Of a stretch of 50,539 bases of DNA, positions 1-9,544 are shown one piece after another. The DNA lies in IMG/VR virus record IMGVR_UViG_3300010400_000011, positions 1 to 50,539 of that record; one strand, given 5' to 3'. The notes beneath the pieces are model-generated. The model made no database searches, had not been told where the DNA came from, and worked only from the letters and a program-made list of their open reading frames with translations. Position 1 is the first letter of the stretch, and each line of letters starts with the position of its first letter. This stretch comes from a virus. Taxonomy: Duplodnaviria > Caudoviricetes. A program made the position numbers and the translations under genes.

Positions 1-123
1 GCTTTTTCACCAGTGGTCATAGAGGCCACGGTTTTAGCTGCGATAAGTCCGTTTGCAGAAGTAACGGTAGTCCGATCAGTCCGCATAAGACCGATATCCA
101 AAGTCGCCGTTGCGCCTGCACCA
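1..123. repeat. Terminal direct repeat / circular assembly overlap, copy 1
   Basis: 1-123 is identical to 50417-50539; it lies inside a CDS, so it is an assembly overlap rather than a physical terminal repeat. Confidence 0.95.
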
Positions 124-353
124 GCTGTCTCGACAAAAGTCTCGACTTCCTGGATGCGAACACCTGACGGTAGGAAGACGTTATCATTCAAGATATAGTT
201 CGTCGCACCGAAGGGAAAAGCAGCAGCGGTAAGATTGAGAGTAAGTTCGATCTCTCGAAGCTCACCTGTAGTGACGTACTCGCCGCCAGTAGAGGGGACC
301 GCAGTCTCCGTACCAACTTTGATATACAAGCCAGTGTTGTCCATATAAGCCAT
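1..353 (-). CDS. Capsid-associated (decoration/minor capsid) protein, 5' part; continues across the junction to 50275, 164 aa in total
   Basis: ATG at 353 with AAGGAG RBS just after the capsid stop; MAYMDNTGLYIKVG... is in frame with ...IKIRIRYYRP at 50275; function inferred from position and beta-rich composition. Confidence 0.7.
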   Translation of the reverse strand, partial: MAYMDNTGLYIKVGTETAVPSTGGEYVTTGELREIELTLNLTAAAFPFGATNYILNDNVFLPSGVRIQEVETFVETAGAGATATLDIGLMRTDRTTVTSANGLIAAKTVASMTTGEK

Positions 354-362
354 GTGAACTCC

Positions 363-1322
363 TTAGGTCAGAGTGCCAACGTCGGTGAGGACGATGCACA
401 GGTTTTCAGGACGATAGACAGCCACGCCGTATTCGCAGATCGTCAAGAACTCAGTCTGCTGGAGGTCTTTGTTATACTCAGACTCAACAGTTGGCATTTG
501 ACGGAAGGCAGCGATAAACGGAGTCGTTTGGCCCGGCTCAGCAGAGAAGAAGAGATTAGCAACACCAGTCGTAACCGACTTAGAGTTGACAGTCTCGGCA
601 ATGCCGTTAGCAAGGTAGTTCGACACGTAGACGTCGAAGCCACCGATAGAGAAGCGGAACTGGAAGCCAGTCACAAGACCTTCGCTGGCAATCATGTTCC
701 ACTTAGGAACAGGCGACAGAAGGGTCTGGACGTTGGTGAGCGATTCGATGGCGTAAGCCACAGAAGGATCAACAACAGCAACCAAATTACGCATCGGAAC
801 ATTCGCCTTGCGCAGAGCGTACTCAGCGAGGAAGAAGTCCTTCAGTGCGATGACTTGAGATGAACCAGAGCCAACCCAACGATGCTGAGCATTGTTGAGA
901 ATGTTCTGGGAAGAAGCAGTTTGCGACGCGTTAGCACGGTTAAACACGCGGGTTTCAAATCCACGCATAAGAGCCAGATGCTGCTCAGGGGCGAAAGCCG
1001 CCTGAACTTCAGCGGACCAGAAGGAGTCACGCTTAAACTTGTTCGAAATCGAATTTGCAGAGTACTTGTACTGATCGATCGTGAACGTGAAGTTACCAGT
1101 ATCAAACTTGTTGTACTTGATAGCTTGACCTTCAGCGAAGTCAGAAGTCTCAGCTCTGCCGAGTCGAGGAATGTTCAGCGTAGTGCCGTCCGGAAAATCC
1201 GTAATTGTACGCACAAACCGCATGGCGAACAAATCGTCCATGAAAGGACGAGTGATTTCACGCGAATAAAGATTAGCGCGAATCAGATGTTCGTTGGTAA
1301 GGACTGTAAAGCCACTTGCCAT
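363..1322 (-). CDS. Major capsid protein
   Basis: 319 aa after the scaffold gene; motifs GTTLNIP, TFTIDQYKY and C-terminal YGVAVYRPE are typical of podoviral HK97-fold capsids. Confidence 0.9.
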   Translation of the reverse strand: MASGFTVLTNEHLIRANLYSREITRPFMDDLFAMRFVRTITDFPDGTTLNIPRLGRAETSDFAEGQAIKYNKFDTGNFTFTIDQYKYSANSISNKFKRDSFWSAEVQAAFAPEQHLALMRGFETRVFNRANASQTASSQNILNNAQHRWVGSGSSQVIALKDFFLAEYALRKANVPMRNLVAVVDPSVAYAIESLTNVQTLLSPVPKWNMIASEGLVTGFQFRFSIGGFDVYVSNYLANGIAETVNSKSVTTGVANLFFSAEPGQTTPFIAAFRQMPTVESEYNKDLQQTEFLTICEYGVAVYRPENLCIVLTDVGTLT

Positions 1323-1338
1323 ACGTTAGTCTCCAATA

Positions 1339-2112
1339 TTAGTTATGACCAAACCTATTCCAATCACCGTCTTCGAACTCATGTCCTAGTGCGATATAAT
1401 CTTTATACATTTGATCTTGGGTTTTCGGGTCACGATATTTCACTGGATCGGTCTGCCTCATCTTTTGATAATAAGCGTTAGTACGCTTAGGAGCACCTGC
1501 GAAGGGGTCGCCTCTTTGAGTGGATGTAGGCGGAGCCTGAAAGGTTCCATCTTGACGCTGACCTTCGAGGCCTAGAGTTCTATAGAGAACTGAAGGATGC
1601 TTTCGGGCGAGATCATTGAAGAACTCTACAGACAATCCAAGTTGATCTATCTGTTGTTTAACAATCTGCTTATAGTTTGGGCCATAGGCAGCTTGTAGTT
1701 TAGACTCAACTGTCCTTGCGTTTGATTCTTCAGCATCAAGCTGTTTTGTAGCTTGAATATGCTGCTTCACCAATTCGCTGACTTTGTTTTCGTCTAGGAC
1801 GACGGACTGTTCTCCTTGAGCCGGGGGTAATTGGCTTCCTTGAGTCTGCTTAAGTTCTTGCATATATTGGTCTAGCGTTTCCTTAAGTTTGGGTCCTGCG
1901 TTGTACTCGCTATGAAGTTTAGTATAGTCTTGCCGAAGCTCATCCATACGTTGCTTCATATGTTCGATGTACATATCCGCTTCCATCTTGCCTCGAGCTA
2001 GCTCTTCAGGAGATTTGAATTTCTTGCCATCTCCAACAAGCTCTTCGAGGTAGTTTTTATTCGGATCAATCTGCACTGGGTCTGGCTGATTAGTATTGTC
2101 TAAAATATTCAT
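1339..2112 (-). CDS. Capsid scaffolding protein
   Basis: Between portal and capsid; coiled-coil, with ELVGDGKKFKSPEELARG motif; start moved to ATG 2112, which overlaps the upstream stop (ATGA). Confidence 0.75.
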   Translation of the reverse strand: MNILDNTNQPDPVQIDPNKNYLEELVGDGKKFKSPEELARGKMEADMYIEHMKQRMDELRQDYTKLHSEYNAGPKLKETLDQYMQELKQTQGSQLPPAQGEQSVVLDENKVSELVKQHIQATKQLDAEESNARTVESKLQAAYGPNYKQIVKQQIDQLGLSVEFFNDLARKHPSVLYRTLGLEGQRQDGTFQAPPTSTQRGDPFAGAPKRTNAYYQKMRQTDPVKYRDPKTQDQMYKDYIALGHEFEDGDWNRFGHN

Positions 2113-2369
2113 TGCTTCTCTTGGTCTAGAGTGATTAAGTTTTTGATTACTTTCATCGCTGATGCGTAACCATTCTTGTGTGCTTGAAGAAAAGCCCAAC
2201 TGGGAGTTTCATAAGCTTTAATACTTCTCTCAGCCGCGCCGAGATCATATTCTTTCATTTCGATTAGATGCTGGAGTCTTTCTAAGACATCACGCGCACC
2301 GTATAATTGATTGATAAATCGTTGCTTCTCTTCATCGGTCTGAAGATGAGCGGTCCAATATTGATTCAA
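2109..2369 (-). CDS. Hypothetical head-module protein (86 aa)
   Basis: Tightly packed between portal and scaffold genes. Confidence 0.7.
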   Translation of the reverse strand: MNQYWTAHLQTDEEKQRFINQLYGARDVLERLQHLIEMKEYDLGAAERSIKAYETPSWAFLQAHKNGYASAMKVIKNLITLDQEKQ

Positions 2370-4178
2370 TTATTGCATTCCTTGTTGTTGTTGAGGAGAA
2401 GGATTTAGATCGTAATCTTCACCCATACCTGATGCTGTTTGGGTAGCTTGTAGTGTCTGTTCTTGAGTAGCTTGAGCCATACGTTGGCCTTCACCCTGCT
2501 CAATCAACCCAACCCAAGGTGGGAAGAATACAGAGTCTTGCTCCATGTTGAATGAACGTTCAAACAGCTTAGCAAGATTGACAGTAGACATGTGAGGCTG
2601 AACAAGAGCGAACAATGGAGATTGAGACAGAGATGTCAAATTCTGAATAAGCTCTGCTTGCTCTGCGAAGTGTCTAGCAGCAACTGGCTTAATACGGCCA
2701 ATGCCTGTAATATCTTCTACAGTCAACGCTTTGAACGTCGCTGCTTTAAGGTCGTCATCAAACACCTTAATAGTAAGCACGCCAGTAAGATTTCTACGAG
2801 CAAGTTCCAGCATAGCATTAAGAATGCGCTCAACTATCTGCTCCTCAAACTGTTTAATCTTGTTCTGGAAGACACGCGACGCGGCGTTCTCTAGGCGTTG
2901 GACTTCGTACTTTGTCTTTTCACCGGGCGTGCGAAAACCCATTGCTTCCTTAGGCGCACCGGCCATCTCTTCCATAAGGTTCATATAGAACCCAATTTCA
3001 GAATCACTTTGCATGATCTGAACCTGAGGTTGAACGATATCGACATCGCCTTCCTCAGAAACGTTTATGATCTCTCCGGGTTGCCAGACGAAGTCTTCGA
3101 CGAATCCTTTGACTTTGATAACAGGATATGTAGTAAGATCCCAGACGTCAGCTTTAGTATTCTCGATATGATCGATTCGATACTGCATACCGACGAGATT
3201 ATTGAGAGGTCCCATACCCCACAGGTTATCTTGGTTACGTCTCCAAGGAGCGTGGAAGATCGGGGGGAATCCGTAAAACGAAGGATTAGGCTTTTTGCCT
3301 ATGACCTTGTGACGATCGATAATCGTTATGACATGGTTTTTATAGAGAACGTCGTTATCGACATCATACATATCCCCATAGAAAGTCATGACTTCAACTG
3401 AACTAGAAGCAAGATAATCTTGGAAAGATCCAAAACCTTCGATGTTATACAAGGCATCGCGCTGAGCCCATTCACTGGGTGACTCGCGTGCCTCAGTCCG
3501 TATCTCTTTCAAATAATTCCAGAGTTCTTCGTACTCTTTACGATTCTCATCGTTAGACATACGTTCAAGCATTTCCTTTAGTTCACCTAAACCTATTACA
3601 GATTTGATGATCTTAGGAGCTGATTCGAAATTAGGAGCTGTAGGATTGAAAACTATATCAAGTGGAGAAATACGTTTAAGAGAAGGACCAACGTAACCAG
3701 CTTGTATTGCTTCAGCAGGTTGCTCGACTCTCTGGTCTGTCCACTCGCAAGTAACTATGCAATTGCCATAATCAATGTAATCAAGGATTACCTTGTCCAT
3801 CTCTGCTTTGAAAGATGGCTGGGACATAACCCATTGCATGTAATTCTGAATAGCATCGCGCTTAGCTTTGCTATCTGCGTCTTTCTCGTTAGCCTCCCAT
3901 TCAACAGGGACACTATTAGGAAACATCGTAGCAGTATAATTCGAATAAAGGTTATCTCTAATCTGACAAAGCTTTGGAATAGTTGTTTTGTTCTTCCAAG
4001 GATTAGTTGCGTTAGAGGTATGCGACGTATTCGTTGCGTAAATATAACGACGAATTTCCTCCCAGTCAGTCATCTTTGGCTGACGGAGGTTACTCCAAGT
4101 AATCCAGTCGTTAGCTATCTGTGTAGCTATTTTATCTGGGGAAACTACATCTAAGACTTCAGTTACTCTTCCAGTCAT
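2370..4178 (-). CDS. Portal protein
   Basis: 602 aa downstream of terminase; DYIDYGN, RISPLDIVFNP, LWGMGPL motifs and Q-rich C-terminus. Confidence 0.9.
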   Translation of the reverse strand: MTGRVTEVLDVVSPDKIATQIANDWITWSNLRQPKMTDWEEIRRYIYATNTSHTSNATNPWKNKTTIPKLCQIRDNLYSNYTATMFPNSVPVEWEANEKDADSKAKRDAIQNYMQWVMSQPSFKAEMDKVILDYIDYGNCIVTCEWTDQRVEQPAEAIQAGYVGPSLKRISPLDIVFNPTAPNFESAPKIIKSVIGLGELKEMLERMSNDENRKEYEELWNYLKEIRTEARESPSEWAQRDALYNIEGFGSFQDYLASSSVEVMTFYGDMYDVDNDVLYKNHVITIIDRHKVIGKKPNPSFYGFPPIFHAPWRRNQDNLWGMGPLNNLVGMQYRIDHIENTKADVWDLTTYPVIKVKGFVEDFVWQPGEIINVSEEGDVDIVQPQVQIMQSDSEIGFYMNLMEEMAGAPKEAMGFRTPGEKTKYEVQRLENAASRVFQNKIKQFEEQIVERILNAMLELARRNLTGVLTIKVFDDDLKAATFKALTVEDITGIGRIKPVAARHFAEQAELIQNLTSLSQSPLFALVQPHMSTVNLAKLFERSFNMEQDSVFFPPWVGLIEQGEGQRMAQATQEQTLQATQTASGMGEDYDLNPSPQQQQGMQ

Positions 4179-4435
4179 TTCAATGTAGCCCTGTTCGTTT
4201 TAGCATTATATTTAAATTCACTTTTCTTTCTGCCACTCTTCTTGGCTGCTCTGTCTTTGGCTCGTTCAGCAGGAGTCATGTTGCCACGACGAATGCCTTT
4301 AGATGTAGCAGTTTGTGTACCCGGTTTTAGGTTGCCAGATTTCTGTAAAGCAGATACAGCGATCGCATGTGCTGCAGAATCGCTTTTACCTTTAGCTTTA
4401 AGTTGACGAACTAATCTTTCTAATATCTTAGGCAA
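4175..4435 (-). CDS. Small basic hypothetical protein (86 aa)
   Basis: K/R-rich ORF overlapping the terminase and portal genes. Confidence 0.7.
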   Translation of the reverse strand: MPKILERLVRQLKAKGKSDSAAHAIAVSALQKSGNLKPGTQTATSKGIRRGNMTPAERAKDRAAKKSGRKKSEFKYNAKTNRATLK

Positions 4436-5993
4436 CGCCGCCCCATTTACTATGAAATTGAAAGGTCTGACGTTGCTCTCTAGGTCTGATATAAGAATTC
4501 ATCGGTGCTTTACCTGATGCGAAGTCAATTGCAGATGCAAGAGCATCTTTGACGTCGTCATGCGCAGGATTAGCGAAGATAAGCTCTTCTTCGAGAGTCT
4601 GAATGTATCCGCCAGTGTAATGATAGATTTGTTTATTAGAATACTTAGGTTCAAGAATACTAAGAATGCGTTCTTCTTTAGAACCTTGGTTACGTGTAGG
4701 TCTATACTCATCTACTGAAAGTCCAAGACCTAGAGGACGAATGTAGTTATCTTTTAGATCATCTACTAGAACTGTCTGCGCTACGGAGACTTCAGCTCGT
4801 ATATGCCTGAAACCCCATTTCTCAAACATCTTAAGAATACGATCAAAGTATTCCGATATCTTCTTAGTTTTAAATCTGTCGATATCTAGAACGTAATAAT
4901 TACGATCTCCATCTATACCTACAACTATAATACAGCTGGAATCAGCTTCCTTTTCAAGGCTGTATGCGAAATCAACGGCAGCGACGATATTTAATCTAGC
5001 ACCCTTGAATGTCCAATGTCCTCCCTGCCTTACAAGCCAGGTTGGATCATAGTATTGGAAAAAGCTTCGTTTAATAACAGAAGAATCAACATCCCTAGGA
5101 TCATTGTAGTACTGAGCACGAAAATGAATCTTATTAAGGTATTGCGCGCGTTTCTGCGCGAGTATGCTTGAGTCAAAGCCAAACCACTTCCCGTCTGAGC
5201 GCTGCTGACGAGGCCATAAAAATTGACCAGTTCCGTCGCCTGCTGTTTCAACAGGATGTTCCTTGACTTCAAATAATTTTTCTCTCTGGATAACATTTCC
5301 AAGCTCATCGAACGTCTCGACTTCCATCTCTAATAGTGTAGAGTATAAATCCTTAGGATGGTATCGCGTACCAACAACCCATTGACTTGAATTTCCACCT
5401 GCAATAGAAGAAAGATAGCCGTACTGATCTCTTACTTTTTCTCTTGCGTCTTCAATATATGCATTACTTTGAACAACAACGTCATCTAAAACCATGATGT
5501 CGCAATGTAATCCGACGAGATTGCTAGTGAGACCGGCTGTAAAAACCGTAGGCTCACGAATGGCTTCTTCGCGCCTCTTCGGATGATCCAAACTGATTTC
5601 ACGCTCTGTCCACTTCTCTCGAGTGGCTTCTTGAGCATTGACGTGCTCAGGCCAATATAATCGATAAGCATCGCTAGTTAGAATATCTTTGATGAACTTC
5701 AACTGCTTAGTAGCAAGATTAGAAGTACTCGAGATATACAGAACCTTAAGCGTAGGATCTTTAGTAATTGCTTGTGCCACACGAAAAGCGATTAACGCTG
5801 ACTTCATGTGGTCTCGTGGAAGCATTAGGATTTGGTGTTTCTTCGCTTTGGAAGATTCCCACCAGCTTATGACTTCTCTGTGTATGTTGCCTAGAACTCG
5901 GTTGGGAGCCACGAGCTTGATGAACTCTTCTAGGGAATTCTCAGCTAACAACCTACGTTGGTCGCGTAGTTGTTCGACTTCTAATTTCTTCAA
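4428..5993 (-). CDS. Terminase large subunit
   Basis: PRDHMKS (Walker A variant), LHCDIMVLDDVV (Walker B), VGTRYH, and nuclease motifs VDFA and HDDVKDALA. Confidence 0.92.
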   Translation of the reverse strand: MKKLEVEQLRDQRRLLAENSLEEFIKLVAPNRVLGNIHREVISWWESSKAKKHQILMLPRDHMKSALIAFRVAQAITKDPTLKVLYISSTSNLATKQLKFIKDILTSDAYRLYWPEHVNAQEATREKWTEREISLDHPKRREEAIREPTVFTAGLTSNLVGLHCDIMVLDDVVVQSNAYIEDAREKVRDQYGYLSSIAGGNSSQWVVGTRYHPKDLYSTLLEMEVETFDELGNVIQREKLFEVKEHPVETAGDGTGQFLWPRQQRSDGKWFGFDSSILAQKRAQYLNKIHFRAQYYNDPRDVDSSVIKRSFFQYYDPTWLVRQGGHWTFKGARLNIVAAVDFAYSLEKEADSSCIIVVGIDGDRNYYVLDIDRFKTKKISEYFDRILKMFEKWGFRHIRAEVSVAQTVLVDDLKDNYIRPLGLGLSVDEYRPTRNQGSKEERILSILEPKYSNKQIYHYTGGYIQTLEEELIFANPAHDDVKDALASAIDFASGKAPMNSYIRPREQRQTFQFHSKWGGVA

Positions 5994-6415
5994 TGAATCC
6001 TCTGGACAATCATAACGACTATACCTACAGCTCCTAGTATTCCTACTAAGTAACCTCCTAAAGCTGTATAATTCCTGGTATGAAGTTCAGACATTCTTTC
6101 CTTAAGGTCATTTATTTTCTCGTCTAAACCATCAATTTGTTTAGTGAAAGAAGATGCAGCTTTGTCAGCTGCTAGTGTATTGCTTTTATTCTGCTGTTCA
6201 ACAGCAGCTTCAGCAGCTTTAAAAGCCGCTGCTAGTGCGATGTCTCTCATCGCGAACTCTTTGGCTACTCCTACAAATTTCTGATCAATAAGATCTTTCA
6301 GAGATTGTAGCCTGATATCTAGTTCCGCTTTAGCTCTATCTACAGCATCTGTAGTAAGCTTAGTCGGATCAGGAACTGGAACTACGCCGCCTATACTTGG
6401 AATTCTATTTGGCAT
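5990..6415 (-). CDS. Coiled-coil protein with C-terminal transmembrane helix (possibly lysis-related)
   Basis: 141 aa with hydrophobic C-terminus ALGGYLVGILGAVGIVVMIV. Confidence 0.55.
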   Translation of the reverse strand: MPNRIPSIGGVVPVPDPTKLTTDAVDRAKAELDIRLQSLKDLIDQKFVGVAKEFAMRDIALAAAFKAAEAAVEQQNKSNTLAADKAASSFTKQIDGLDEKINDLKERMSELHTRNYTALGGYLVGILGAVGIVVMIVQRIH

Positions 6416-6702
6416 TAGTTTCTGGTCTTCGAATCTACGTATCCGTGACCATGCGCAAGTTCATCTAATCGTTTTTCTAACATATTCATTCGCTGGTCCT
6501 GTACGGCTACTTGAGTTAATACCCTTCCTAATTGAGCAAATGCTTCTGTCAAAGCTTTGTGGCTTTGCTGTAAGTAGTGGATGTCATGCTTGACAATTGA
6601 TATATCACCCTTCATACTGTACATTAGGGCCATTACTGAACCTACTACCGAAAAGATAGTGATGATATTACCGATTGATACTGAGTATTCTATGAGAGGC
6701 AT
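6415..6702 (-). CDS. Membrane protein, N-terminal TM plus coiled coil (holin-like)
   Basis: 95 aa; hydrophobic IGNIITIFSVVGSVMALMY followed by a coiled coil. Confidence 0.55.
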   Translation of the reverse strand: MPLIEYSVSIGNIITIFSVVGSVMALMYSMKGDISIVKHDIHYLQQSHKALTEAFAQLGRVLTQVAVQDQRMNMLEKRLDELAHGHGYVDSKTRN

Positions 6703-6705
6703 AAT

Positions 6706-6727
6706 GAAAGGGGGCCTAAGCCCCCTA
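6706..6727 (-). terminator. Rho-independent terminator-like hairpin
   Basis: Minus strand AGGGGGC-TTAG-GCCCCCT-TTC; nearly identical to the hairpin at 50249-50270. Confidence 0.6.
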
Positions 6728-6759
6728 ACCCTGGGGTTGTTGGTTGAAATTAAGGTTCA

Positions 6760-6900
6760 TCATTCAGGCATAAGTGAGAAAGCAATGCTCACAGCTGAAA
6801 GAGGAATAACCATATGAGGAGCGAAGAAAAGACAAACTAAAGCAGCGAACCCTGCTAATACAGAAGTCGCTAGTTTAACGAAGTGCCAGACTTGACTCAT
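6760..6900 (-). CDS. 46-aa hydrophobic membrane peptide (holin candidate)
   Basis: MSQVWHFVKLATSVLAGFAALVCLFFAPHMVIPLSAVSIAFSLMPE; ATGA overlap with upstream stop; below the ORF-track size cutoff. Confidence 0.55.
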   Translation of the reverse strand: MSQVWHFVKLATSVLAGFAALVCLFFAPHMVIPLSAVSIAFSLMPE

Positions 6901-7313
6901 GCTTTTACCGATTTAGGAAAGATGGTCTGCTTAGTACCATGATTGTCTTCAGCGTTAGCTGGCTGACCTTGAGACTTAGAAGAGTCGACGTCAGCTTGTT
7001 TCACGTAAGTCGTAGCTGGGACAAAGACATGCTGTTGATTGCTTTCGCCTCGGGCTTGCTTTTCTTTGATTTTCTTGACGTCCTGATTGTCGAGGACTTC
7101 TTGATGCTCTTTGTCAGAAATAGGGTGAACCTGACTAGCTAGACGCTCACCGTTGTTCTTGGTGAACTCTTTGAGTTCTGAATCGGACATCTGAATATTT
7201 TTAAGCTCTGTGTCTTCTCGAGTGCCATCCGAATACTGGACTGTCCAGACAGGAGAAGTTTCAGGAGCTACAGGGCCAAGTACGTTTACTTGACGATTAC
7301 GAAGTAGTGCCAT
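6897..7313 (-). CDS. Hypothetical protein (138 aa), first gene of the morphogenesis arm
   Basis: ORF with upstream AAGGA, downstream of the leftward promoter. Confidence 0.7.
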   Translation of the reverse strand: MALLRNRQVNVLGPVAPETSPVWTVQYSDGTREDTELKNIQMSDSELKEFTKNNGERLASQVHPISDKEHQEVLDNQDVKKIKEKQARGESNQQHVFVPATTYVKQADVDSSKSQGQPANAEDNHGTKQTIFPKSVKA

Positions 7314-7373
7314 AGGGATAAATCCTTGAATTAGTGTTATTGCGGGGACTGGTCTTTAGCAAGTTATTAACCC

Positions 7374-7402
7374 TTGACATAATTATACCACGGATGTATA
7401 AT
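7374..7402 (+). promoter_or_regulatory. Consensus sigma70 promoter (rightward)
   Basis: TTGACA-17 bp-TATAAT, then AAGGAG and ATG at 7421. Confidence 0.85.
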
Positions 7403-7411
7403 CCTTGTAAA
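7382..7411 (-). promoter_or_regulatory. Overlapping leftward sigma70 promoter
   Basis: Minus strand TTTACA-18 bp-TATAAT with extended -10 TGn, upstream of the structural arm. Confidence 0.6.
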
Positions 7412-7420
7412 GGAGTTTCT

Positions 7421-7669
7421 ATGAAAGTAGTACATTGCAAGAAAGAACCTTATGACATATACATCGGAAGACCAAGTAAATGGGGAAACCCGTATGAGAT
7501 TGGAAAAGACGGATCTAGAAGCGAGGTTATTAGCAAGTACGAATCCTACTTACGAAACTCTCCTGAATTATTACAAGACATCAAAAGCCTTAAAGGATTA
7601 CGCCTCGGGTGTTGGTGCAGCCCCAGTCCGTGTCATGGAGATATCCTTGTGCGACTGGCCAATGAGTGA
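7421..7669 (+). CDS. DUF4326 family protein
   Basis: YIGRPSKWGNPY and LGCWCSPSPCHGDIL motifs; start corrected to ATG 7421 by RBS. Confidence 0.85.
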   Translation: MKVVHCKKEPYDIYIGRPSKWGNPYEIGKDGSRSEVISKYESYLRNSPELLQDIKSLKGLRLGCWCSPSPCHGDILVRLANE

Positions 7670-7878
7670 AAAGGAACTATATGAAGAAAGTACTTAATAA
7701 CCCTAATGAAGGCTTCTTAGAGATGCTTAAGCGTCTAGATGAAGAGAACCATGGAGCCATGACTAAAGAAGAATGGGATACTCTGAAAGATAAATGGATG
7801 AAAGTATATTGGGAGATTAAGCATAAGGAGAAGAATCCTTTGCTTATGTCTTATGAAGACATCAGTAAAATGTACTGA
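7666..7878 (+). CDS. Hypothetical protein
   Basis: ORF overlapping the DUF4326 stop; alternative ATG at 7681 with AGGA RBS. Confidence 0.5.
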   Translation: MKRNYMKKVLNNPNEGFLEMLKRLDEENHGAMTKEEWDTLKDKWMKVYWEIKHKEKNPLLMSYEDISKMY

Positions 7879-7927
7879 TGTCGTATGAAGACATAAAGAA
7901 CATGTACTAATGCTTAATGAAGACTTA
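7846..7927 (+). repeat. 32-bp tandem duplication encoding MSYEDISKMY / MSYEDIKNMY / MLNEDL
   Basis: Units start at 7846, 7878 and 7910, joined by TGATG/TAATG overlaps. Confidence 0.75.
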
Positions 7928-8172
7928 GATGTTTCTTGCTTAGAGTGGGCTTTAAAGTTTATGAGAGATTACGAAAGGAAGCATAAGATTGAACATACAG
8001 AAGCTAATAGTAGTACCTGAAGACAGCGATACAGCTAGGATTTACGAGTGGTCAGAGAACCATCTGACCTACGAAGAACTCCTAGCTTTCATAGCTTCTA
8101 GAGGCAAAATACCCTCTGGAAGATGGTTAGATGCGCAGAAATGAATGTTTTCTCTCGACTGCTCGTAGAATG

Positions 8173-8237
8173 CCTCTAGGATTCAATTAGAAGCTCACTG
8201 GTGCGTTTAAATTCATGACTGGTACTACCCTACCTGA
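8173..8237 (-). repeat. Dispersed 65-bp element, copy A
   Basis: Reverse complement aligns ungapped to 20119-20183 at 46/65 positions (manual count). Confidence 0.7.
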
Positions 8238-8461
8238 ACACACTAACCCCCGCCTACGGCCTTCTAATGGCCTTGCAGAGGCATGTGGTATTTTACCCTC
8301 ACAAATGAAGAATTATTCTAGAATTCTAAACCATGAAGGATGGTGGGTTAAACTCGATGATTTGTACTGGATGTTAGAGATTGAAGGGTTAGATGAAGAT
8401 TGATTTCACTGATTACAGTAAGGTTAGTTATAATAGAAAAAGAACTGAGGAGAAGAAAGAT

Positions 8462-8569
8462 ATGGATAACTGGTTAAGAGAAGTCCTAGAAGTATTGATT
8501 ATAGGTATTGGAGTACTTATAGCTTTAGGAGCTTTATGCTTATATCTAGGTGATATACGTAAATGGTGA
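8462..8569 (+). CDS. 35-aa single-TM peptide
   Basis: GAGGAG RBS; MDNWLREVLEVLIIGIGVLIALGALCLYLGDIRKW. Confidence 0.5.
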   Translation: MDNWLREVLEVLIIGIGVLIALGALCLYLGDIRKW

Positions 8570-8948
8570 TGTCTGTTGAATGGTGGTGGAGTCTTCCTCT
8601 TGAGGAAAGAGAAAGATTAAATAAAATAGATTTAGAGAAAGTAGAATTTTGGTGCGATATGTTTGAGGTGTAATTCATTGGCGCTTATGCCACCCCCGAC
8701 CCCCCTTGGCCGGGGTGGCATACGGCATGCCAGATACCATAGGCGACGGTTCCGGCAAGGGTTATGCCAGACACTTACGCTATAATGCATAGCTTCAATG
8801 CATATGAAGAGTAGAGCATAAAGCTTGAGTGGCATTAGAGTTGCTTACGAGTCCTAATGCATTTATGCATAGCTTATAGCTTAGGTATGCGTATTTGCTT
8901 TTAGACGTCTCGGAGCAGATTTGCATAGCAGCTATGCGCTGCACGCAG

Positions 8949-8977
8949 TTGACCCATCGATCTAGACATGCGAATAT
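8949..8977 (+). promoter_or_regulatory. Putative early sigma70 promoter
   Basis: TTGACC-17 bp-GAATAT with TGC before the -10; same -35 as the promoters at 11443 and 14328. Confidence 0.45.
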
Positions 8978-9152
8978 GGTGGCTGGTTAGTTGATTGGTT
9001 TGGTAAGGGCATATCGAGGCAGTCGCCTCCGCGCCTTACCCACCGGGCACCTAATCGGGCTGTTTGAAACTACCTAACCAAGACATGGCCGCTATGGCGG
9101 TATCGTGTCTCAACCGCACCCCTGTCCTTGCCTGCCCTCATGGAGCAGAGCA

Positions 9153-9494
9153 ATGACTAAGCAAATGACTAATCCTTTCCATGACTGGCGCAATCCATCC
9201 AAGCCCTACGCTTGGTTCTCTGACTACATGGATAAGCCGCACGTTATCGCAGTTAATCAGGCAATCTCGAATTGGCATGAAGGACTGACAACGCTGCGTG
9301 AATTAATGTGGACTATCGTCCAAGCCTATGACGATGGGTACACATCAGGCAATGAAGACGCTCACTACCAAGTGCCAGCGATACGAACCACGGTCGAAAT
9401 CTTTCCAGACCGTGTAATCCTTTGGAATATGTCACGTCCTATCGATCATGGGCGTATTACATACCTCCCGTTCCTTACTTGGGAAAAGGACTAA
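9153..9494 (+). CDS. Hypothetical early protein flanked by 24-bp inverted repeats
   Basis: GGAG RBS before ATG 9153. Confidence 0.6.
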   Translation: MTKQMTNPFHDWRNPSKPYAWFSDYMDKPHVIAVNQAISNWHEGLTTLRELMWTIVQAYDDGYTSGNEDAHYQVPAIRTTVEIFPDRVILWNMSRPIDHGRITYLPFLTWEKD

Positions 9495-9544
9495 CTCTAA
9501 CCGAGGGCAGACATGGGCAGGGGTGCTCAATGAGGAGAAGAAAG

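Noticed and set aside
1-123. Biological direct terminal repeat
   Set aside because: It falls inside a continuous CDS; best explained as assembly overlap
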